A DNA stretch of 64,000 nt from a virus. Its lineage: Duplodnaviria; Caudoviricetes. Made by a program: the position numbers and the translations under genes. The notes under the pieces were generated by a model. That model worked only from the letters and a program-made list of their open reading frames with translations, ran no database searches and had not been told where the DNA came from. Location: IMG/VR virus record IMGVR_UViG_3300032218_002424, positions 45,064-109,063 of that record, one strand, 5' to 3'. Shown here piece after piece: positions 51,231 to 59,766 of the stretch; positions within the stretch are counted from its first letter, which is position 1; each line of letters starts with the position of its first letter.

Positions 51231-53104
51231 ATGGCAATGTGTGCACATTGTAAGAAGGTCACAGAGTCAAAAGACTTACAATTAATTAGACGTGGTAACA
51301 GTTTGTTTTATGGATGCGAACGCTGCTCTCGATTTTTCGAGAGCTTGCAGAAAGCTATAGAAGATAATTCTGAGTTACTATCTAGATTAAATGATTATGA
51401 TATAAATGGTGCACCATATTGGGACACTGAAAGTGAAAAAAGTGCGGCGGCGGGAGAGAGCAATGCTTAATCATTCTAAGAGAATTGATAGAACGAATAT
51501 ATTACCACTACGTTGGTTTGCTAATGCATGTGGATCAATTGGAGCCAGCATGTTGATAAAGGCAGTTAATTTAGATGAGGATTCTAATTATGGAATTCGC
51601 TATAAAGTCTACGGCAATTTGTGGACATGGTTTCATAAGCCATATGATAGATGGGGAACTTATTATTCCTTAGATATAAAGGGATGGATTACCGAACTTG
51701 ATTCCTTGATGGAAGATATGGATGCAGATGATGCAGACCTATATGAAAAGCTTGGCGATGAATATGATAAGCAGGGAATTGATGAGGCTTGGTCACAGTG
51801 GGAAGCAGAATTAAAAGAACTTCATTCTGAAGAGTTAATCTCAGAATATGAGACAGAGGAAGAAGAATGATAGCATTTCTATATGGTCTATTGGTAGGCT
51901 ATGCCCTGGGATATATTGTTAGCGGTATAGTTTCAGAACTTGATGATAGAGAGAAAAAGCGTAATGATTTGGATTAAAACTATTAAATGCAGATATAAAG
52001 GACATACATTGATCCATGCTGGAACCTGTCCTTATACAGGTTCGACATATGACCTTTGTACATATTGTGAGTCTATGATTCCACGGCAGGTGGCAGAATG
52101 ACAACTTTAAATACTTTTTGGAATTGGGCTAAGGGTTATTTTAATATACCCCATTGTCCTGTATGTGGAGGTGTAATGAATGAGGGCATTTGTCAGTCTC
52201 CTAAATTAGATGTACTTTGCTTCAATTGTGGCGGAATGTTTAAGATTCATTATGAAGAGGATAGGGTGCATAAGGATTGCATCTATGATAAAGAAATAGT
52301 ATAATGGCTTTATGAGCGAAAAAACAGATATGACGGATCAAGGATGCGATTGTGCTACATGTAAGGAACAAGGCATTTCATGCGATCAATGCGATAAGTG
52401 CATGACAATGAAATATGTATCAGAAGATGAGCACTTGGACAAGTGGAATAATATTGAGAAGGCTTGCTGGCAAGGATATAAGCAGGTTGGAATGAAAGAT
52501 AAAAATGGCAAGCAAGTACCTAATTGCGTTCCAGTAAATAAATCAACAGGTGAGCCAGAAGCTATTCCTACTTGGTCTGGAGCATTTGGCGGGAAGCAAT
52601 AATGGGATTTAATAATGGGATTTCTAGATAACCTAGAGAACTTTATGGAGTTAGATGACTTCATAGAGATTGCCGAAGATATAGACAAAGAAACAGAAGA
52701 GTAAATGATTACAATAATTAGCATATTTTTAACATGGTATGCAACTAAGCTATTTTATACCCATGATCCAATTGTTCATATCAATGAACTAGATGATCAT
52801 GATTTAATGACTGCCAAGTGTGTAGGATGCTCTCAGCATATCATCATATCCAAAGAACATATGCGTAATCCATTTTATTGCAATGTCTGTAAATAAGGCG
52901 GGAAGAGCAATAATGAGCCATACTTACCTTGATGTAATAAGAGATATTAATAAGATAAAGATGAGTAAATGTGAAAAATGTGGATCCAAATCTGAGACAG
53001 TTGATGCAGATAAGGAAAGAATCTTTCCTATTTGCAAAAGATGCTATGAAGAAGCTCATTCCATTCCCGCCCAATTATTTGAAAATCAAGTAGATTTCGA
53101 ATGA
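51231..53104 (+). CDS. Cluster of small hypothetical ORFs, many Cys-rich (51231-51470, ORF ending 51870, 52098-52304, 52312-52602, 52705-52896, ORF ending 53104)
   Basis: Packed ORFs; 52312 contains the phage motif CWQGYKQVGMK.KNGKQVPNCVP. Confidence 0.5.
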
Positions 53105-53282
53105 ATAAGAAATATAAGAAAAAGATTAAATGGGACAAGCAGATAGAAATTGCAGAGAGAGCATTGTCCAGAAATAAAGCTCTAATTGAAGATACAGTTA
53201 GAGGAACTGTTGCCCATAAAGCCAATACTTGGACTAGAAAGCAAAGTAAAAATAGAAGTCCTATTCAATAATCCCGCCTAAT

Positions 53283-53430
53283 TTAGATCAAAGTTATCCA
53301 CAGAGTTATCCACACCCTGTGGATATTTTTGTGTCATTTGATCTAAGTTATCCACAGAGTTATCCACAGCTTATACTATAGAAAATATTCTATTAGACTA
53401 TTGTATTATATATAATTAGATATACATGAT
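53283..53430. other. Candidate replication origin: DnaA-box cluster plus AT-rich tract
   Basis: TTATCCACA at 53294, 53306, 53348 and 53360; reverse TGTGGATAT at 53318; AT-rich from 53371 to 53430; lies at the strand switch. Confidence 0.75.
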
Positions 53431-53728
53431 ATAGAGCATCCATTTTACTCCACCGTAATCCATTTTGCTCCACATTACGCCATATCATATAATATTGGAC
53501 ATGTCAATAGTCCAGGGATATATAAAATTTGCCCGTAATGGAGCATATTTGCCCAGATCTGTCAAGCATTTTCTGCAGATTTTATACAATTGTTATATAA
53601 TTATAATAGATTTAGTATATATTCTGCAGGATATGTTGACAAATTCCAGTGATTTTGGTAGTATTCCCGTAAATAGGGCATTTTGCCCGCAGTCCGTAGA
53701 GAAAAAGACAATTTGGACATTTGGGCAC

Positions 53729-53766
53729 AAAAAAATAGCCCCAAGATAATTATATCCTGGAGCTAT
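53729..53766 (-). terminator. Terminator for the leftward arm
   Basis: Minus strand ATAGCTCCAGGATA-TAAT-TATCTTGGGGCTAT followed by a T run. Confidence 0.75.
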
Positions 53767-53783
53767 CCTTTATATATCTATAT

Positions 53784-54068
53784 CTAATCTATATCAAGTT
53801 CTAATTGGTCATTATCTGCAAGGATTCTAAACCAATCCCTCGCTTTTATTAAACCATAACTTGTTTGTTCCGCAATTTGCCAATCCTCATTGTATTTCAT
53901 ATACTGATAAGTTAATAATGACTCTATGAGTTCCATTATCTTATCTTGTGTATAATGTGGATTAGTATTTACTAGATAATTAGCCATTAGTGGGGCATTG
54001 AAATTAACATTATCTAGAGTTTGTTTGATTTGTTCCGCCAACTTTTCTTCAGGTGTTTTTTTTGCCAT
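53784..54068 (-). CDS. Hypothetical protein
   Basis: GAGGAG RBS. Confidence 0.7.
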   Translation of the reverse strand: MAKKTPEEKLAEQIKQTLDNVNFNAPLMANYLVNTNPHYTQDKIMELIESLLTYQYMKYNEDWQIAEQTSYGLIKARDWFRILADNDQLELDID

Positions 54069-54150
54069 ATCTCTCCTCAGTTAGAATCCTATCATAAGTG
54101 GGGAAGGCTGGCAAGATTTCTCTCAACCAGCCTTCCGATCTATGGGCAGG

Positions 54151-54300
54151 TTACTTCTTTACAGAGGTAGGCTTTTCTGCGGTGAAGGTGATACCCTTTT
54201 GGGTAGCCTCCGCTAGAGCCTGCTTTGCAGCAGAAGAAAAACGGCCACGGGCACCAACTGTGATTCCCTGGGTCTTTAGATATTCACGCTTTGTTGTCAT
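54151..54300 (-). CDS. lsr2: Stand-alone Lsr2-like DNA-binding domain (49 aa; not in the ORF track)
   Basis: MTTKREYLKTQGITVGARGRFSSAAKQALAEA...; RGR AT-hook; AAAGGA RBS; TTTACA-N17-TAGAAT promoter. Confidence 0.75.
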   Translation of the reverse strand: MTTKREYLKTQGITVGARGRFSSAAKQALAEATQKGITFTAEKPTSVKK

Positions 54301-54374
54301 TGCATTTGTCCTTTCTATAGACAATTAAATTCTACCACTATTTACAGATTTTGTAAATAGGGTGTCCGCCTTAT

Positions 54375-55453
54375 TTAGTTATCTTCAATTAAAGACATTC
54401 TATCTTTAATTAGTTTTGCTATGAGGTTGTGTGCCTCAATATTTTCGGTTTCGCTGCCACCCCATAAAAGCTTTTGGGCCTGGGCCAGGACTGAGTCTAC
54501 ATATTCATCACTCATCTTCATCTTCTTCCTCCTCATTATATTCAATGGCATCAATATCCATTAGCCAATCGCTAATGTGATCGTCAAGTGTTTCTGTGCC
54601 ATATTCTAATGTAAATCCATTTGAATCTGCTTGCTCCCAAAATAGTTTCCAGACTTCTTCGTCAGTCATGTTAACCTTGTACTCTTCATCATCTCTGAAG
54701 TTGTTTAACATGCTCTTGGTAACATCCCAGGTCCATACCCAAACCAGGGACGGGAACACAGGAAGTTTACCAATCTTATCAATAATTACATTAATGTCTT
54801 TGTATACATCTTGCATACGTGTTTGTTCTTGTAGGTCCATTAGTTGTCTTTCTCCAATTCTGCTTTAGCAAATGCGATTGCATATGTTAGTTGGTATAGT
54901 TCTCCATATGTCTCAAGGACACCTTCCCAGTACTTCCGCTCCATTGAATCCATTGCTTCGCCTGAATCTTCTTCTGCTTCTTGTGCCATTTCTAGTTGTG
55001 CCTCTGCCTCAACCATAAGCGTCTTCAGGTGCCCGTGCATGATGTCCGCCCCGTCCATGCCCAAGATAACTTGGCGGGACAGATATGGGTCTAGTGTGAT
55101 ATCCATATTATTCCTTTCCATTTAGCAGTAGTATACCATTGGCCACTGACATTAAATGCCTGGTATTTAAAATCTCTGCTTCCTTACATCTATAAAAATG
55201 ATGTTCATTTACATAATCAATCTCTTCTAGGTCTTGCATTAAACTAATCTCATGTAGTTTCATATACTCTAATAATGAATCTATTTTAACCTTCATATCC
55301 ATCAAAGTATCCCTCCGCCCAAAGTCCTTGTAAAAATTCTGATGCTTTATTTAATCCTTCTGCCAGTTCTGTTTGGGCAGGTGGGATATAAATAGAAGAA
55401 TCTCCTACTGATTTAATCATATGGTTTAAATCTTGCAAATCATAGCCTAACAT
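54375..55453 (-). CDS. Five small early-type ORFs (54375-54515, 54508-54840, 54840-55121, 55108-55305, 55286-55453)
   Basis: Coupled acidic ORFs; the first and last were read manually. Confidence 0.6.
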
Positions 55454-55579
55454 TATTCCGCCTTTCGTATATGAGTATTATATATCAGATGACTGACATT
55501 TGTCTACGTAAATTCCTGTGATTTACACCACATCCCCGTAAGAGAGAAGATCCGTCCCCAGCCCTTAGCAGAGCTGAGA

Positions 55580-55700
55580 AAGGGAAGAACCCTGGCGGTC
55601 TCTCCAACACCAGGGTTCTTCAGGGAACGTTAGGCTGCATCCACACTATGCATATTTAAAGACTTGGTCTGACGGGACCTGAAAGCCTCACCTAACTTCA
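55580..55700 (-). ncRNA. Candidate small RNA
   Basis: TGGTATAAT at 55706-55714; closing stem GTTAGG/CCTAAC; terminal hairpin AAGAACCCTGG/CCAGGGTTCTT; no convincing ORF. Confidence 0.4.
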
Positions 55701-55718
55701 AATTAATTATACCATATT

Positions 55719-57291
55719 TCAGTTGACTGTAAAGTCATGGTATTCTTGAACCTCTTCCTGATAGTTACAGAATGATTCAAATGAATGCCAATTGCCTTCA
55801 TCACAAACCATTTGTGTAGTCATATCAATTTCTACTGTTGTGTCCCAGTATTCTTGATTAGCATTTGCAAGATAGATTCCGAAACCAGTTTCCTCGTCCC
55901 GTCCTTCTTTAGTTAATTGGTCCATGATAATACGTGTTGAATATGGAATGTCACCCATATCAATACGACGCTTTGCAGCCCGCAGTGCTGCAGATAAATC
56001 CTCACGCCAGGATGTTTCACCCCAGTGTGAATATAAAACTAAGTTTGGCATATCCAAATCAGTTTTAAATACAAAGTTAATCCGTGCTCCCATTTGAAAC
56101 CTCCGCCATTTCTTTTTCTTGTTGGGCCGCTAATTCTACTATCTCATAAGACCATTTGTCAAGGGCCTCTTTAAATTCATCTAAATGATGTCCACAAAAG
56201 AACAGGCTGCCAGCCATACCTTTTGCTTCATAGAGTGCCTGAGCAACTCTACATTTGTCGCATCCAGTCCATGTCAAATTATCCCCGATTCAATTAAATC
56301 TGCGATATCTTGGTAAGTGTGTACAGGTTCGTCATTACGATCCATAAGCTCAGACAATGTTTCGACAAGCAATTCTCGTGCATGTCTCACACCATCATCA
56401 AAGCCTTCTCTATAGTCTGACATATTTATTCTCCATATGGGTGATACGGCTCAAACTCTGAAACATAAACTTCTGTTAGATTATACTTCTCACGTAAGTT
56501 TGATACTTTCTCAATGCTACCAGTTCCGATGTTGAATGTCAACGGTTCTGTAGATGCTTCTGGGTCCAGACCCATGATGTTGGCATCCCACACCGCCCTT
56601 TGAAAGGCGATGCGGGACGGAGCGGAAAGTTCAAAGTACATTAGTAAGCACCTTCCTCAACACGTTCAACATCATGGTTGGTAACCTGAATCAATGCATC
56701 ATATGAATCAACGGTTAGATTAGTTGCAATAAAATCTTCAATTGCATCCATGTCTCCACCAAGTTCAACTTCAACAGTTAAATCAACACGTACCCATGCA
56801 GTGTATTCAACTTCCTTGGTTAGAGGAATATCAAAGATTTCTGCAATTGCAGTCAATGTCTCTTGGTCTTCTGAATCAGCAAATGTCTCTTCAAGCAATG
56901 TACGCAACTGGCTTTCCTTACGGTACCACTCGTTTTGCTTTTCAGTTAGACTCTTGTACCAGCGACGGCCTTGGTCAAGGGAATATTCAATCTCTGTAAC
57001 CTTTTGAACGGGATAAGATACTTCATCCCCGTCAATCTTCTTATATGTTACAAGTAGATTAGGATTATATGTCTCGTTAATTGTTATTGTTGTTTCCATG
57101 GTTTCCTCTTTCTGTGTGGGTATAACGGGTATTGTAGCATCTTCCACTGACAATAAGGTAGTATTTGAACCACATAAACATGTGATATCTGTCACATTTG
57201 GGGTATATCCTGATTTAAGTATATATTCAATTAAAGCATTGCATTCTCCATTACAGACCCAAGTATATTTAAACCATTTTAGATCCATCAT
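55719..57291 (-). CDS. Early-type ORFs (55719-56093, 56077-56277, 56274-56423, 56426-56641, 56641-57291)
   Basis: Coupled ORFs with RBSs; 55719-56093 has the common phage 'YSHW' motif. Confidence 0.6.
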
Positions 57292-57397
57292 TGCTCCTCT
57301 ATTTGTTCTGTTTTAGGATTCCAATATCCAAATCCACAATTAAATGTACAAGTATAAACCCCTGGAACATCTGAACATAACCAATTATGTTTATGCA

Positions 57398-58150
57398 TTA
57401 TGCACCTGCTTTCCTATATTCAGGCACCTTTGTATCAAGGTACTGCTTATGGTCTTCACATTGTTCAACTGCTTCTAGGTCAGCCTCGCCAAGCCAATGG
57501 CATGCGGAGCAAATCTCACCGCAGTCATTTTCGCAATACTCCATGCAATCATGTTCATCACAATCACGGCATCTAGATTCATACTCACCATGGCTAATTA
57601 CTACACCACGAAGAATCTCTAGTTCACCACCCCAACCAGTCTCTTCCTCATATGATAAAGTAAAAAGTAGATTAGGATATTGAGCAGACAACTTTTCAAG
57701 GGCGGGAAGTGGAATACCCCATGCTGTATTAAAGTTATAATATACAACTAAGTTATCACCATTTTCAGTAGGACCTTCCATATATGTCTCTGGATATTCA
57801 TTATCCTCAGATACAGCAACATCCCATTTTGTTCCCCATTCACGATTATTCCATGAATACCAAGAATTATCTACAGATGCTACCTTCATTGTATCTGCCC
57901 ACCAATTTGGGTCATTTACATCTAATTCAGAACGCTTAGGCTGTGCCTTATATGCTTCCAAATCTGTTGGAGCAATGATATTGCGAAATGAAAATATAGG
58001 ATTAATATACTTAGTTTGTTTTACACCAAATGCCAAATCACCTGTTGCTTCAATATAATCCACAAATGGTGTGTTCATTTGTTCTACTAGTTTTGTTACT
58101 TGTTCTGGCTTACCTTCAATTGTTAAACCATTATATACCCAGTTTGGCAT
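57398..58150 (-). CDS. DUF1281/YubB ferredoxin-like family protein
   Basis: MPNW start (ATG 58150, AAAGGA RBS); WY.WN...WGTKW, FNTAW..P, YEEE; Cys-rich tail. Confidence 0.75.
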   Translation of the reverse strand: MPNWVYNGLTIEGKPEQVTKLVEQMNTPFVDYIEATGDLAFGVKQTKYINPIFSFRNIIAPTDLEAYKAQPKRSELDVNDPNWWADTMKVASVDNSWYSWNNREWGTKWDVAVSEDNEYPETYMEGPTENGDNLVVYYNFNTAWGIPLPALEKLSAQYPNLLFTLSYEEETGWGGELEILRGVVISHGEYESRCRDCDEHDCMEYCENDCGEICSACHWLGEADLEAVEQCEDHKQYLDTKVPEYRKAGA

Positions 58151-58291
58151 AATCTTCCTTTCTTGAGAGATGATGGAATTATACACCACCCCACTGACAT
58201 TCACAAGCATTTCCAGTGGTTTTTTTCAGGTTCCCGTATGATAAAGATCACACCCGTAAGAGAGGGCATCAGCTCGTATCTTTTGCGGGCA

Positions 58292-58325
58292 TGCATATTT
58301 ATGCAGCTTTATGCATATTTATACT
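58292..58325. promoter_or_regulatory. Tandem ARG-box-like operator (second pair at 61520-61553)
   Basis: TGCATATTTATGCA-N6-TGCATATTTATACT; 20-bp period at both loci. Confidence 0.6.
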
Positions 58326-58328
58326 TTG

Positions 58329-58402
58329 CGATTCCGACGGGACTTGAACCCGCAACCTCTACCGTGACAGGGTAGCGATCTAACCAATTGATCTACGGAA
58401 TC
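58329..58402 (-). tRNA. tRNA-Asp(GTC)
   Basis: GATTCCG/CGGAATC; CTACC-CTGTCAC-GGTAG. Confidence 0.93.
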
Positions 58403-58405
58403 AGA

Positions 58406-58434
58406 TGAGCAGTTTTAATTCGTGCTCAGGAATT
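58406..58434 (-). ncRNA. Repeated H-type pseudoknot, copy 3
   Basis: AATTC-CTGAGCAC-GAATT-AAAAC-TGCTCA. Confidence 0.7.
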
Positions 58435-58439
58435 TATTT

Positions 58440-59489
58440 TTATTTCGTTAGAGCAAGAACTTGCTTAACGATTTTATTTTTTTCTGCGGTAACAACTGGG
58501 TCGAATCCAGATGCACCTGCCATTAGCGAATCGCCTGCTTTACGAGCAGTGCGGAAATAATCCAAACGCTCAGTTAGAGCATTTACAACGCCCCAAGCAG
58601 TGCCCTTGATATTAGCATTGGTTGGCGAATTGTGATACAACTCATCAAGCAATACAACTTTATTTTCCCATTTAGTAAGAGCAACCTTAGCCGCATCTTT
58701 TTCAGGCTTTGGATAAAGTGCTTTCACAATTTGTGAGAACTTTGCATCGGTTACGGAAATCTCATAGAGTTCCTTAGCCTGCTTTTCGAATTCGTCCATA
58801 TAACCAAGAGTTAAGCCAAGAGCCTCACGAGCAGCGAGAATCTTACCATCAACAGTTTGGGTGTGGCGAATCTTGAAAGACTGCTTAGCCTTCTTCATTG
58901 CAAGGTTAAGAGTATTTTGGCACATTACACGAACAGGAGTAATTGCAGACTGAACTGCAACTGAACCATCGTGAGATGTCCAGACGATTAGATACAACTT
59001 AGTTTCATCTGCTGCACCATTAGGGTCAAGCACCATTGTGCGGGGAATTGAAAGAGAGCCATAGACTACACGACCATTCTTTAGAGAACCCGCAGACTCC
59101 CAATAAACATCTGGGTTGCCATCGTGAAGGTTATCCGCAAACGAAAATAAATCCTCATTTTGGACAGTCTTATAACGAGAGCCAACAGTTGCAAGGACAT
59201 TCTTTGTACCTGCATTGTAAGGGTCATCACGAACAACAAGAAAATTCTCGCTGACTGAATTGTAATTTGCAGGTAGCAAATCTGCAACAGGCTCTAACTG
59301 AACATTCCAATTAGAGAGTTTAGCACCATCAAGCATTTGTGCAGTTGTAACTGCCTCATCTTGATTGAACACCTTATTGGCAAAAGAGTGCCAAGCAGGA
59401 TTGGTACGAAGATTTACAGCAAGAGATGCTGAGCCATCTTCGATTTCTGACTTGTGAGCAGTATTGCCCACTGGAGATTGAACTGACAT
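58440..59489 (-). CDS. DUF932 / TIGR03299-family phage-plasmid protein
   Basis: PAWH, Y..VQN, ESAGSL..G, SHDGS, TPVRVMCQNTL, IRHT, GTAWG..NA.TE. Confidence 0.9.
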   Translation of the reverse strand: MSVQSPVGNTAHKSEIEDGSASLAVNLRTNPAWHSFANKVFNQDEAVTTAQMLDGAKLSNWNVQLEPVADLLPANYNSVSENFLVVRDDPYNAGTKNVLATVGSRYKTVQNEDLFSFADNLHDGNPDVYWESAGSLKNGRVVYGSLSIPRTMVLDPNGAADETKLYLIVWTSHDGSVAVQSAITPVRVMCQNTLNLAMKKAKQSFKIRHTQTVDGKILAAREALGLTLGYMDEFEKQAKELYEISVTDAKFSQIVKALYPKPEKDAAKVALTKWENKVVLLDELYHNSPTNANIKGTAWGVVNALTERLDYFRTARKAGDSLMAGASGFDPVVTAEKNKIVKQVLALTK

Positions 59490-59766
59490 ATGAGTTATCC
59501 TTTCGATTAGATTGGCTTAATTATAACAGGTGCCACTGACATTGTATAGTTAATTTAGGGAATGTCTCAAGCTTTGAGATGTGATCAATCTCACAGATCT
59601 GGGGGTTGTGGACGACACGCCGTAAGCCTGTGGATAACCCCGCAGATATACGGGCGGCTAACCGATTTGTCAAATCTATTTTGAATTTCTAAACAAATAA
59701 ATAATTAATGCAAGGGGGCTAATCAAAAATCCAATTAGCACCCAAGCAATTAATTCACCGATAACG

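Noticed and set aside
53465-53749. 94-aa ORF next to the DnaA boxes
   Set aside because: TTG start, no RBS, and it runs through repeats and a terminator; probably non-coding.
56417-59489. Extra ATGTCAG hits near 56417 and 59483
   Set aside because: They are Met-Ser start codons with no -10 hexamer 10 nt downstream.
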